Positions 19,564-29,447 of a stretch of 49,370 bases of DNA are shown here, piece by piece. Numbering within the stretch: the first letter of the stretch is position 1; each line of letters starts with the position of its first letter. The DNA lies in NCBI GenBank assembly GCA_022844165.1, contig JALHMH010000035.1:1-49370 (forward strand), read 5' to 3'. A program made the position numbers and the translations under genes. The DNA is from Lysobacterales bacterium. Its GTDB lineage: Bacteria; Pseudomonadota; Gammaproteobacteria; Xanthomonadales; SZUA-5. The notes under the pieces were generated by a model. The model ran no database searches, was not told the origin of the DNA, and saw only the letters and a list, made by a program, of their open reading frames with translations.

Positions 19564-21821
19564 TCGCGCACGCGCTCGATGGCGCGCAGAATGGCTTCGG
19601 GCGTTGCCGGCGAATCGAGCGCGATCTCGCGTGCGGTGCCGAATGCGGCAACCGCGTCGCGCAGCGCTTCGCGCACGCTCAGCGCCAACATCAGCGGCGG
19701 TTCGCCAACGCCTTTGCTGCCGAAAATCACATCGGTGCCTGGTGGCGCGCTGCGTTCGTAGAGATCGACACGAAAATCGATCGGCACATCGCTGGTCGTC
19801 GGGATCTTGTAGGTACTCGGCGCGTCGGTGAGCAGACGGCCATTGGCCGCGAAGCGCAACTCTTCGCAGGTCAACCAGCCCAATCCTTGCACAAAGCCGC
19901 CCTCGATTTGCCCGCGATCGATGCCTTCGTGGATCGAAGTACCGACGTCATGCAAAATATCGACGCGCCGCAACTGATGTACGCCAGTGTATCCACAGAT
20001 CTCCACTTCGCTGACCGCAGCACCAAACGCGAAATAGTAAAACGGATGGCCACGACCGGCGACCGCGTCCCAGTGAATCACTGGCGTGCGGTAATAACCC
20101 GTGGCCGCAAGGCTGATCCGCGAACGGTAGGCGGCTTGCACGACTTCCGCGAAACTCAACGACGTGTCGCGTACGGTGACCCGATCATCTTCGAATCGCG
20201 CCTCATCTGCCGCACCGCCGAGCATCGCCGCAGCCACCGGCGCCAATCTCTGGCGCAAGGTCTCGCATGCCGCTTTGATGGCCTGGCCGTTCAAATCCGC
20301 ACCAGAACTTGCGGCCGTAGCCGAGGTATTCGGCACTTTATCGGTGCGCGTGGTCATGATCTGGATATGCCGCCGATTCACGCCCAGGACGCGCGCCGCG
20401 ACCGCGATCATTTTCGTGTGCAGCCCCTGCCCCATCTCGGTCCCGCCGTGATTGAGCTGGATGCTGCCGTCCTGGTAGATCAACACCAGTGCACCGGCCT
20501 GGTTGTATTCGGTCTTGTTGAAGGAAATGCCAAATTTCACCGGCGTCATCGCCAAGCCGCGCTTGCGCGTCTGGCTGTTTGCGTTAAATGCGTCGATCTC
20601 CGTGCGTCGCTGCGCATAAGCGCTGCTGTGCTTGAGCTGAGCCCACAGTTCCGGCAAGTGGTTATCGACCACCGGCTGGCCGTAGTGCGTGGTTTCGAAT
20701 CCTGGTCGGTAGAAATTGCGCTCACGCACCACATCGGGTGGCAACCGCAGATGCCGCGCGATGCGATCGAGGATCTCTTCACCGATCAACATGCCCTGCG
20801 GCCCCCCGAATCCGCGGAATGCGGTGTTCGAGGGCAGGTGCGTCCTGGCGATCCGGCCGACCACGCGGGTATTGGCACACACATAGGCGTTGTCGACGTG
20901 CACCATCGCGCGCATCAGCACAGGCGGCGACAGATCACAACTCCAACCGCCGTCGGCCACCATGTCGACATCCAGCGCCAGCAGTTTTCCGTCCGCATCG
21001 CAGCCAACCTCAAAGCGCCCGAGAAATGGATGCCGCTTGCCGGTGAGCTGCATGTCCAGGGATCGCGGCAGTTGAATCCCAACGGCGTAACCCGTGACTT
21101 TTGCCGCCAGGGCAGCGATCGCCGCAAAGGCATTGGCCTGCGTTTCTTTGCCGCCGAATCCTCCGCCCATGCGCAAACAACGACAGACCACGCGATGGCT
21201 GGGAATGCCCAGCACATGCGCAACGATGGCCTGCGTTTCCGACGGGTGTTGCGTGCTGGATGTCACTTCGACAATACCCTCGCCGTCGATCGTGGCCCAG
21301 CTCGCTTGTGTTTCCAGGTAAAAGTGATCCTGGCCACCGCAGCGAACTTCGCCACGCAACCGGTGCGGCGCTCTGGCAAGCGCAGCATCGACTTCGCCAC
21401 TTTCGACTCGCGCCGGCCGCAAATGAAAGCTCTCCTGGGTCAGCGCATCGTCGATACTCAAACACGCAGGCAAGGGTTCGTACGCCACGTGCACCAACCG
21501 CGTCGCCGACTGTGCGATGACGTGGTTGTCGGCCACCACCCACGCCACCGCCTGGCCTACATGGCTGACCACGTCGCTCGGTAACAGCGGTTCGTCGTGC
21601 ACGATGGGGCCGGTATTATTTTCGCCGGGAATGTCGTCGGCGAGCAGCACCGCGTGGACGCCCGGGGATGCCAACGCCGCACGGCGATCGATCGCCAGGA
21701 TGCGCGCATGCGCATGCGGCGATTGCACCGGATACAGCCTCAAGAACCGCGCCGGCATTGCCTGCTCGTCGGTGAAAACAGCGCTGCCGGTGACATGTCC
21801 TCGGGCGCTTTCGTGGGTCAT
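19560..21821 (-). CDS. xdhB: Xanthine dehydrogenase molybdopterin-binding subunit
   Basis: HESARGHVTG, QDHFYLETQ, RMGGGFGGKE, AFRGFGGPQG, GTEMGQGLHTK, SKGVGEPP (catalytic Glu). Confidence 0.95.
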   Translation of the reverse strand: MTHESARGHVTGSAVFTDEQAMPARFLRLYPVQSPHAHARILAIDRRAALASPGVHAVLLADDIPGENNTGPIVHDEPLLPSDVVSHVGQAVAWVVADNHVIAQSATRLVHVAYEPLPACLSIDDALTQESFHLRPARVESGEVDAALARAPHRLRGEVRCGGQDHFYLETQASWATIDGEGIVEVTSSTQHPSETQAIVAHVLGIPSHRVVCRCLRMGGGFGGKETQANAFAAIAALAAKVTGYAVGIQLPRSLDMQLTGKRHPFLGRFEVGCDADGKLLALDVDMVADGGWSCDLSPPVLMRAMVHVDNAYVCANTRVVGRIARTHLPSNTAFRGFGGPQGMLIGEEILDRIARHLRLPPDVVRERNFYRPGFETTHYGQPVVDNHLPELWAQLKHSSAYAQRRTEIDAFNANSQTRKRGLAMTPVKFGISFNKTEYNQAGALVLIYQDGSIQLNHGGTEMGQGLHTKMIAVAARVLGVNRRHIQIMTTRTDKVPNTSATAASSGADLNGQAIKAACETLRQRLAPVAAAMLGGAADEARFEDDRVTVRDTSLSFAEVVQAAYRSRISLAATGYYRTPVIHWDAVAGRGHPFYYFAFGAAVSEVEICGYTGVHQLRRVDILHDVGTSIHEGIDRGQIEGGFVQGLGWLTCEELRFAANGRLLTDAPSTYKIPTTSDVPIDFRVDLYERSAPPGTDVIFGSKGVGEPPLMLALSVREALRDAVAAFGTAREIALDSPATPEAILRAIERVRE

Positions 21822-23203
21822 GGCGCCTCTTTGTGTTCGGCGACAAATTGCGCGAACAGATTGCCCACCAACGCCCTGCGGTATTCGGCACTGGCGCGAT
21901 GATCATCGAGCGGCGTGAACTCGGCCCGAAGGCGAGCGACGGCCTCTTGCAGGACGCTTTCATCCAGCGCGCGCCCCAGCAGCCAGGCCTCGACCGCCTT
22001 GGCGCGGATCGGCACCGCGGCGACACCACCATAGGCGAGTCGCACATGTGCAATGCGACAATCATCGTCGAGCACCAGCACGAATACCGCAGCGACGATG
22101 CTGATGTCGTCGCCACGGCGCTTGGCCACTTTGTAGCCTGCCTGCATGCCCCTCACGCGTGGCACGCGCACGGCCACGATCAATTCATCGGGCTGCAGTG
22201 CTGTTTGCCGGTAGCCTTCGAAGAAGCCGTCGACGGCCAACTCGCGCGCACCCATTGGACCACGCACTTCGATGGTGGCATCCTGCGCCAACAGCCACGG
22301 TAACAGGTCGCCGATCGGTGAAGCGCTGCCCAGATTGCCACCCAGGCTTGCGCGGTTCTTGATCTGGCGCGCGGCGAACCATGGCAGCAAATGATCGAGT
22401 GCCGGAAACACACCGACCAGCTCACGCTCCAGGCGCGACAGCGGCACACCGGCACCGATGCGCGCGTGGTTGTCGTGGATCGACAAACATTGCAGCTCCG
22501 GAATGCGATCGATTGCGATCAGCACCGACGCAATATGTTGGCCACGGCTCAGCGCCACGCCCAGATCGGTGCCGCTGGCGATCCACGCAGCGTGATGGGC
22601 CACTTTCAGCGCCAACGCATCGGCAATGTTGTCTGGGTTATGGAAAGTGCCGAGAGACGTAGTCTCTGGCGCCTGGTGCTGGTCCAACAACGCGGAAAAA
22701 CGATCGGCTCCGCGCGGCTCGGCAGCCAGCGCCTTCGCGGCACGACGGATCGGCAAATAACCGGTGCAACGGCAGAGATTGCCGTCGATCACATGATCGT
22801 CGAAGTCGCCCGCGTAATAACCGCAGAACAGACTCATGACGAAGCCCGGTGTGCAGTAACCGCACTGCGAACCGGCATGATCGACCATTGCTTGCTGCAC
22901 GGGATGCAGCACCTCACCAATGGCCAACGACTCGACCGTTACGACTTCGCGACCGACCATCGCGCCCATCGGCATCAAACAAGCGTTGATCGCACTAAAG
23001 CGCGCCTTTCCATCGTCACTGGTTTCGACCAGCGCCACGGTACAAGCGCCACAATCGCCATCGCCGCAGCCCTCCTTGGTGCCCGTCAGCCGCTGACGAC
23101 GTAACCACCGCAACAGCGATTCAGTGGGATCTGCATCGCTCAGATCGACCAGTTGGAAGTTAAGGCGCATACGCGGTGTCATGCGAACACGATCAGCGGA
23201 CAT
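21818..23203 (-). CDS. xdhA: Xanthine dehydrogenase small subunit (2Fe-2S plus FAD)
   Basis: GTKEGCGDGDCGAC, QCGYCTPGF, GNLCRC, FAARQIKNRASLGGN, DDHRASAEYR. Start is 23203, 23182 or 23170. Confidence 0.92.
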   Translation of the reverse strand: MSADRVRMTPRMRLNFQLVDLSDADPTESLLRWLRRQRLTGTKEGCGDGDCGACTVALVETSDDGKARFSAINACLMPMGAMVGREVVTVESLAIGEVLHPVQQAMVDHAGSQCGYCTPGFVMSLFCGYYAGDFDDHVIDGNLCRCTGYLPIRRAAKALAAEPRGADRFSALLDQHQAPETTSLGTFHNPDNIADALALKVAHHAAWIASGTDLGVALSRGQHIASVLIAIDRIPELQCLSIHDNHARIGAGVPLSRLERELVGVFPALDHLLPWFAARQIKNRASLGGNLGSASPIGDLLPWLLAQDATIEVRGPMGARELAVDGFFEGYRQTALQPDELIVAVRVPRVRGMQAGYKVAKRRGDDISIVAAVFVLVLDDDCRIAHVRLAYGGVAAVPIRAKAVEAWLLGRALDESVLQEAVARLRAEFTPLDDHRASAEYRRALVGNLFAQFVAEHKEAP

Positions 23204-23260
23204 CGCGCCGATGTCAAGCCGTGGCATTCTCAGCGGCACGAAGGACTTCAAGGCGAACCC

Positions 23261-24283
23261 ATGTCTCCCGATCGGCTGCAGTTGCTCGTCCGCGACATGC
23301 CCAAGGCGGAGTTGCATATCCACATCGAGGGCTCGCTGGAACCAGAGCTGATCTTCGCGCTGGCGCAGCGCAATGGCGTGGCCCTGGCCTACTCCGACGT
23401 CGAAGCTTTGCGCGCAGCCTATGCGTTTACCAACCTGCAGAGTTTTCTCGATATCTACTACGCTGGTGCCAGTGTGTTGTTGAAGGAACAGGATTTCTTC
23501 GACATGGCCTGGGCCTATTTTATGCGCGCCAAGGCTGACAATGTGACGCGTGCCGAGTTGTTCTTCGATCCGCAGACCCACACCGAACGAGGTGTCGCAT
23601 TTGCCACCGTCATCGACGGCTTACACCGTGCGTGCATTGCGGCGCAATCCGAGCTCGGCATTGAAGCCGAATTGATCTTGTGCTTCTTGCGCCATCTCGA
23701 TGAAGCATCGGCTTTCGCGACGCTCGAAGAAGCGCGCCCGCATTTGGGCAAGTTCATCGGCATCGGGCTCGACTCCAGCGAAGTTGGCCACCCACCAGAG
23801 AAATTCGCGAAGGTGTTCGCCGATGCACGGAAGCTCGGACTGCGCGCCGTCGCTCACGCGGGCGAAGAGGGGCCGCCGGCATACATCTGGAGCGCACTCG
23901 ATGTGCTCAAGGTCGAACGCATCGACCATGGCGTGCAATCGCTGAAAGATCCGAAACTGGTCGCCCGACTGGTCGCCGAACGTGTGCCGCTCACCGTGTG
24001 TCCACTGTCCAATGTCAAATTGTGCGTATTCGATAAGCTCGGCGCGCACAATCTAAAAACGATGCTCGATCGCGGCATTGTCGCCACCATCAATTCCGAC
24101 GATCCGGCGTATTTTGGTGGTTACATCAACCAGAACTTTGCTGAGACCTTCGCGGCGTTGCCGTTGGATGCGAACGACGCCGTCGCGCTCGCGCGCAATA
24201 GTTTCGAGGCGAGCTTTGCGACGCCGGCGCAGAAGCATGCGCACCGGTTGGCGCTGGACGCGTTTTTCGAGGCGAGAGGCTGA
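23261..24283 (+). CDS. Adenine/adenosine deaminase (ADA family, likely adenine deaminase)
   Basis: PKAELHIHIEG, AELFFDPQTH, HAGEEG, RIDHG, NSDDPAYFGG; divergent from xdhA. Confidence 0.92.
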   Translation: MSPDRLQLLVRDMPKAELHIHIEGSLEPELIFALAQRNGVALAYSDVEALRAAYAFTNLQSFLDIYYAGASVLLKEQDFFDMAWAYFMRAKADNVTRAELFFDPQTHTERGVAFATVIDGLHRACIAAQSELGIEAELILCFLRHLDEASAFATLEEARPHLGKFIGIGLDSSEVGHPPEKFAKVFADARKLGLRAVAHAGEEGPPAYIWSALDVLKVERIDHGVQSLKDPKLVARLVAERVPLTVCPLSNVKLCVFDKLGAHNLKTMLDRGIVATINSDDPAYFGGYINQNFAETFAALPLDANDAVALARNSFEASFATPAQKHAHRLALDAFFEARG

Positions 24284-24350
24284 GTCCTCGCGACTTCGTG
24301 TCTTGGTGTGAGCATCAGATTTGCCGAGTCATCCACAAAAGGATTGCCCC

Positions 24351-25151
24351 ATGAGTAAACGTCGCATTCTGATCACTGGCGCATCGGCGGGCATTGGCCT
24401 CGCTTGCGCCGAGGAATGGGCGAAAAATGGCTGGGATCTGGTGCTGCTGGCTCGACGCACAGAGCGCCTTCAGTCGCTCGCAGACAAATTACGGGCGGCA
24501 CACAACACCGATAGCGCGATCATTGCCGTCGATCTTTCCGACCCGCTTGCGCCGAGCCGGATCGTCGACACATTGAATCAACGTGGACTGACCGTTGATG
24601 GTGTGATCAACAATGCCGGATATGGCGTCCCCGGCACGTTTCAGACCGTGCAATGGCGAACGCACGCTGACTTCCTGCGCGTCTTGTTGTGGGCGCCGAC
24701 AGAACTGACACACCATTTGCTGCCGGGTATGGTCGAGCGCGGCTTCGGTCGTGTCATCAACGTGGCTTCGCTGGCCGGTCTTGTGCCCAGTACCGCAGGC
24801 CACACGTTGTACGGCGCGACCAAAAGTTATCTGATCCGGTTCTCGCAATCGCTGTCGCAGGAAGTGCGCGATCGCGGCGTGCACGTGCTGGCGCTTTGCC
24901 CAGGATTTACGTTCAGCGAATTCCACGATGTCAACGGAATGCGCAGCAAGGTCGCAACGATGCCACGATTCATGTGGATGACAGCGCCTGAAGTCGCCGC
25001 ACAAGCCTATGCCGCCAGTGAGCGCGGCGATGCGATCTGCGTCAATGGCCTGTTCAACCGTTTCGTCGCCGCACTGACCAAAATTCTTCCCGAGGCGCTC
25101 GCGCTCAAGCTCGTCGGGCGTCAGGCGAAACGCTTTCGACAGGCCGAGTAA
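24351..25151 (+). CDS. SDR family oxidoreductase
   Basis: TGASAGIG, NNAG, YGATK (YxxxK), LCPGF; AAGGA RBS. Confidence 0.92.
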   Translation: MSKRRILITGASAGIGLACAEEWAKNGWDLVLLARRTERLQSLADKLRAAHNTDSAIIAVDLSDPLAPSRIVDTLNQRGLTVDGVINNAGYGVPGTFQTVQWRTHADFLRVLLWAPTELTHHLLPGMVERGFGRVINVASLAGLVPSTAGHTLYGATKSYLIRFSQSLSQEVRDRGVHVLALCPGFTFSEFHDVNGMRSKVATMPRFMWMTAPEVAAQAYAASERGDAICVNGLFNRFVAALTKILPEALALKLVGRQAKRFRQAE

Positions 25152-25403
25152 AACGTCGATGCGCGTCGGATGCGCGGCGTGCTTTGCACCATCATCCCGT
25201 GGTCAGCCATCGCGAAAGATCAGGCTCAATGCAACGACTCGGGGGCGGCTGCTCAACCGGCCCCGGTCAGCGAAACAACTTAGGAAGTTAGAAATCCTGA
25301 GCGGCTTTTTGGTGCCGTGATCGCTCGATGACGGCACGATGCTCGTTCCCAGCAGCGCAAGCCAAGCGAATTCATCGAAGAATCACCAATTCCGAAAGCC
25401 TCC

Positions 25404-25428
25404 CAGCCGCCGATCCTCTCGGCGGCTG
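25404..25428 (-). terminator. Hairpin 3' of hsp20 (possible terminator or stabiliser)
   Basis: Perfect 10-bp stem CAGCCGCCGA/TCGGCGGCTG; lacks a clear U tract. Confidence 0.4.
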
Positions 25429-25450
25429 AGAGCGACCAGACTGGCCTTCG

Positions 25451-25873
25451 CTATTCAATCGCCAATCGTTGCGCGGAACCTGCCGCCTTGCGTGGCAAGA
25501 TCAGATGCAGCACACCGTTGTCGTACTTCGCTTTGGCTTTGGATTCGTCGATGTCGGCGGGCAATTGAAAGCTGCGCGATACGGCGCCGTAATAACGCTC
25601 GCTGCGCAACACGCGACCACCCTCGGTTTGTTGGTCGTGTTGTTTTACCTCCGCGCGCAAACTCAACACCGGGCCATCGATGCTGATGTGGATGTCGTCT
25701 TTGGCGACACCCGGCAATTCGGCCTGTACCGAATAACCACCCTCCACTTCTTTGATATCGACCTTGATTTGCGCGGGCAGCGGATCGCCGTGCAGGGGTT
25801 TGACGAAAAATCCCGGCGCGACGTCGCGAAAGAAGTCGTCGAAAAGGCCGGAACGTGTGATCAAGCTGTTCAT
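25451..25873 (-). CDS. Hsp20/alpha-crystallin small heat shock protein
   Basis: VDIKE...AELPGV.KDDI, ERYYG..SRSFQLP, AKYDNGVL.L.LP; AAGGAG RBS. Confidence 0.95.
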   Translation of the reverse strand: MNSLITRSGLFDDFFRDVAPGFFVKPLHGDPLPAQIKVDIKEVEGGYSVQAELPGVAKDDIHISIDGPVLSLRAEVKQHDQQTEGGRVLRSERYYGAVSRSFQLPADIDESKAKAKYDNGVLHLILPRKAAGSAQRLAIE

Positions 25874-25929
25874 ATCGAGTCTCCTTTTTTTGGGCTGTCA
25901 TCGGCTCGATCGGCGAACCGATGACACAT

Positions 25930-25957
25930 GAATAGGTGCGCCGGGCAGTGATTCAAG
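25930..25957 (-). promoter_or_regulatory. Putative sigma32 (RpoH) promoter of hsp20
   Basis: Minus strand CTTGAA-N14-ACCTATTC versus CTTGAA-N13/17-CCCCATNT. Confidence 0.6.
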
Positions 25958-26085
25958 CGAGCCTTCGATCGATACTGAGGCTCAGTTGATCTCGATCAAT
26001 TTTGAGCGGTGAACGTCCGACGCCTGACCATCAGCATCGACTCGATCTTGAGCCGAAGCGACGCGTAGACGTGTACGATTGACCC

Positions 26086-27180
26086 ATGACCGACACACGC
26101 GCCGACTTTCGCTGGGAACAATCCGATCTGCATTTGCGCGGACGCTGGACGCTGGAACCCGTGGCAGCATTGGAGGAAACGCTGCCGCAACAGCCCAACG
26201 CCGCGAAGGTGCATGGCGACGCGCTCGAGTCCATCGACAGTGCTGGCGCGCTGCTGTTGTTGACCCGATTTTGCACACCACAAACGCAACGCGTTGGCTT
26301 CTCTGCGGCGGCCGAAAAGCTCATCGAACTGATCCTGGCGCAGCGTGCTGCAACGCAGCCACGGGCACCTCGCCCACATGGCTGGATGGGTATGCTCGAA
26401 CGGGCGGGAATCGCTGCGTTGCGCGCCAAACACGAGACCGTGGCGATGCTTGGCTTCACTGGCCTTGTGCTGGAGCGCGCTGTTCAAGTGCTACTGGGCC
26501 GACGCCGTCTGCGCTTGACGGCGACTGTGTTCCATATGGAACGCGCTGGTCTGGATGCCGTTCCGATCGTGTGTTTACTCAGTTTCCTGGTCGGCGCGGT
26601 GGTGGCTTTTTTGGGCGCTACTGTACTTGCCGACTTCGGTGCGGCGGTGCTCACCGTCGAGCTGGTGACGTACTCCTTTCTGCGCGAATTTGGCGTGCTG
26701 CTGACGGCCATCCTCCTGGCCGGTCGCTCGGGCAGCGCATTTACCGCCGAAATCGGAATGATGCGCGCGCGCGAGGAGATCGATGCGATTCGCGCCCTTG
26801 GTTTGGATCCGATCGAGTTGCTGGTGCTACCGCGCACGCTCGCGCTGATTGTCATGCTCCCGCTGGTGGCTTTCCTGGCCGTTCTCGCAGGCATCCTGGG
26901 CGGCGCTTTGGTCGGTTCCCTATCGCTCGATATTTCTCCAGGATTGTTCCTGGCGCGATTACAAGAAGCCGCCGAAATGCGACACTTTTTTGTTGGCATG
27001 ATCAAGGCGCCGGTGTTTGCTGTGCTCATCGCGCTGACGGCGTGTCGCCAAGGGTTGTCGGTCAGCGGTAGCGCAGAAGCTGTCGGCCGGCACACGACCG
27101 CGAGCGTCGTTCAGGCGATTTTCCTGGTCATCCTGTTCGATGCGCTGTTCGCCATTCTGTTTCGGGAGATCGGCTGGTGA
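26086..27180 (+). CDS. MlaE family ABC permease with N-terminal STAS-like domain
   Basis: LESIDSAGA (STAS), LREFGVLLTAILLAGRSGSAFTAEIG.M...EEIDA, TTASVV. Confidence 0.92.
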   Translation: MTDTRADFRWEQSDLHLRGRWTLEPVAALEETLPQQPNAAKVHGDALESIDSAGALLLLTRFCTPQTQRVGFSAAAEKLIELILAQRAATQPRAPRPHGWMGMLERAGIAALRAKHETVAMLGFTGLVLERAVQVLLGRRRLRLTATVFHMERAGLDAVPIVCLLSFLVGAVVAFLGATVLADFGAAVLTVELVTYSFLREFGVLLTAILLAGRSGSAFTAEIGMMRAREEIDAIRALGLDPIELLVLPRTLALIVMLPLVAFLAVLAGILGGALVGSLSLDISPGLFLARLQEAAEMRHFFVGMIKAPVFAVLIALTACRQGLSVSGSAEAVGRHTTASVVQAIFLVILFDALFAILFREIGW

Positions 27181-27947
27181 GTGCCCCGGTGATCGAAGTG
27201 CGCGGCCTGAGCAATCGCTTTGGCGCGCAAGTGGTGCACGAGGACCTGAACTTGACCATCGCTCATGGCGAAGTCCTGGGGCTCGTCGGCGGTTCGGGTG
27301 CAGGCAAAAGTGTGTTGGTGCGCACCATCCTAGGTTTGCGCGAGCCCTCGGCTGGCAGCATTTTGTGGTTCGGCCAGGATCGCGCGCAGATGAGCGACGC
27401 AGAGCGTCAGCGCGTCGAGCGGCGCCTGGGTGTCATGTTCCAGGACGGCGCGCTGTTCTCCTCGCTGACTGTGCTCGAAAACGTGCTCGTGCCGCTCAAG
27501 GAGTACACGCGGCTGCGCGAGGGTTTCATGATCGAGCTGGCGCGACTGAAGCTCGCGCTTGTCGGTCTGCCACCCGATGCTGCCGACAAGTATCCGGAGC
27601 ATTTGTCTGGCGGTATGCGCAAGCGTGCTGGTATCGCCCGAGCGCTGGCGCTCGATCCCGATGTCCTGTTTCTGGATGAACCCACCAGCGGCCTCGATCC
27701 GATCGGGGCAACGGGTTTCGACGAGTTGATTCGCACACTCGCCAGCGCCTTGGGCTTGACAGTGATCTTGGTGACGCACGATTTGGACAGCGTTTTCGCG
27801 GTTTGCGATCGGGTGGCCGTGATCGCCGATCGGCATATCGTCATTGCCGATGCGCCGGCCCGCGTGGCACATCATCCGCACCCCTGGATTCAAGACTGTT
27901 TTGGCGGGCCGAGGGCGGCGCGCCTGCCCGGTCTGGCGCCGCTTTAA
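27177..27947 (+). CDS. MlaF-like ABC ATPase
   Basis: GGSGAGKS, FQDGALFSSLTV, LSGGMRKR, LFLDEPTSGLDP, VTHD. Confidence 0.93.
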   Translation: MSAPVIEVRGLSNRFGAQVVHEDLNLTIAHGEVLGLVGGSGAGKSVLVRTILGLREPSAGSILWFGQDRAQMSDAERQRVERRLGVMFQDGALFSSLTVLENVLVPLKEYTRLREGFMIELARLKLALVGLPPDAADKYPEHLSGGMRKRAGIARALALDPDVLFLDEPTSGLDPIGATGFDELIRTLASALGLTVILVTHDLDSVFAVCDRVAVIADRHIVIADAPARVAHHPHPWIQDCFGGPRAARLPGLAPL

Positions 27948-27957
27948 GAGGAGCTAT

Positions 27958-28893
27958 ATGGAAACTCGGGCACACCATGTAATGATCGGCGCATTCAGCC
28001 TGCTGGTCGCCATCGGCGCGGTGCTGTTCGCACTGTGGATCGGTAAGGTCAGCTTCGACGAAGCCTTCGACGAATACGATGTGGTCTTCGATCAGGCCGT
28101 GAGCGGTCTGTCGACTGGGGCCGCAGTGCAGTTCAACGGTATCCAGGTCGGCGAGGTGCGTCGCCTGGGTTTGGCACCGGATGACCCACGGCAAGTGGTG
28201 GCACGCATTCGCGTTCAAGGCGGGTTGCCGGTCACCACACAAACGCGCGCGCAGTTGGCGTTGACGGGCCTGACCGGTCTGGCGGTCATCCGCCTGACAG
28301 GAACCGAACCGGGCCCGGCGCTTCAGGCCGCAGACGGTGCTGTTCCGATCATTCGTTCTGAGCCGAGCGATCTCGATCGCCTGTTCGAAGGATCGCAGGA
28401 TGTGATCAGCAACGTTGCCGAAACCCTGGCCCGAATCAACCGCATGTTGAGCGACGAGAACCTGGCGAAAATCGACGGCACGCTCAGCGAGCTCAACGCG
28501 TTGAGCGCGCAGCTGGGCGATGAAGTGGGCGGCACGCTGGATGAAGCTCGACGCGCCGGTGTCGCGATTCGGGAACTCGCTGGTCGAGCACAAGTTCTCG
28601 TCGAACAATTGGAGAAAAGCCTCGGGCCCGGAGCGATCGAGCAGCTCAGCACCTCAGTCACCCGTACGCTGGACGAAATCCGCAGCACCTCTCGCCAACT
28701 GGGCAGCACGCTGGAAAGCGCCCAACGCGACCTCGATCGTGTCGGCAGCGACAGTCTTCCGCAGTTGGAAGCGGGCCTCATCGAACTGCGAACGATGAGC
28801 CGACAGCTGACTCGCCTGGCGCGCCAACTCAACGAGGGTCCGCAACAATATCTCCAGCAACCGCCAGCGCAGCGAACCGAGGATCATCCATGA
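27958..28893 (+). CDS. MlaD/MCE family protein with long helical C-terminus
   Basis: METRAHHVMIGAF TM, VSGLSTGAAVQFNGIQVGEV; GAGGAG RBS. Confidence 0.92.
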   Translation: METRAHHVMIGAFSLLVAIGAVLFALWIGKVSFDEAFDEYDVVFDQAVSGLSTGAAVQFNGIQVGEVRRLGLAPDDPRQVVARIRVQGGLPVTTQTRAQLALTGLTGLAVIRLTGTEPGPALQAADGAVPIIRSEPSDLDRLFEGSQDVISNVAETLARINRMLSDENLAKIDGTLSELNALSAQLGDEVGGTLDEARRAGVAIRELAGRAQVLVEQLEKSLGPGAIEQLSTSVTRTLDEIRSTSRQLGSTLESAQRDLDRVGSDSLPQLEAGLIELRTMSRQLTRLARQLNEGPQQYLQQPPAQRTEDHP

Positions 28894-29447
28894 AGTCGAC
28901 GCTACTGCTCCCCGCCATCCTGTTGCTTGGCGGCTGTCTGGCACTGCCCAAACCGCCGCCCGCCCCAGAGGCCTTCCTGCCGATGGTTGATCCAGCGCCG
29001 CGCGCCCTGGTGATCGACTCGCTATCGCTGGACATTGCCGCCGCACCCGAGCATCTCGACCATCGAGTACCGCAATGGCGTCGCACCGACGGCAGCATCC
29101 GTGCTTACCAGGGTTTCCAATTCGCGGCGCCGCCGAGCGAAATGCTGGCATTCGTGTTGGCAGACGCCATCGAACGCTCGGGCGCTACGCGCGTGGTGCA
29201 CCGCACTGGCGGAGCACCCAATCGACTGAGCATCGAACTGCGCGCCTTCGAGTTGCGCAGCACCGAATCGACCGCTGCACACGTTGCCTGGTCCTTACGT
29301 TGGACCTGCGCCGAGTTGACACACAGCAAAAGAATCGACGTCAAGGTTCCGATCACTGAGCGCAACACGGCCGCCGTGATGATCGCGATGCAGCAGGCCG
29401 TGACCGCCGCCGTCAGCGAAACGCTGACCGCTCTGACATGCGGCTGA
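28890..29447 (+). CDS. ABC-type auxiliary lipoprotein (PqiC/DUF330-like)
   Basis: Lipobox LGGC; FAAPPSEML; LRAFE; last gene of the MCE operon (ATGA overlap). Confidence 0.8.
   Translation: MKSTLLLPAILLLGGCLALPKPPPAPEAFLPMVDPAPRALVIDSLSLDIAAAPEHLDHRVPQWRRTDGSIRAYQGFQFAAPPSEMLAFVLADAIERSGATRVVHRTGGAPNRLSIELRAFELRSTESTAAHVAWSLRWTCAELTHSKRIDVKVPITERNTAAVMIAMQQAVTAAVSETLTALTCG

Noticed and set aside
19887-21584. 565-aa + strand ORF
   Set aside because: Antisense shadow of xdhB with no motifs. Long antisense ORFs are expected in high-GC coding DNA; the same applies to 961-1986, 2101-3129, 30515-31717, 35495-36436 and 36705-37808.
26079-27071. 330-aa alternative-frame ORF over mlaE
   Set aside because: Arg/Ala/Gly-rich frame artefact; the 26086 frame carries all MlaE motifs.
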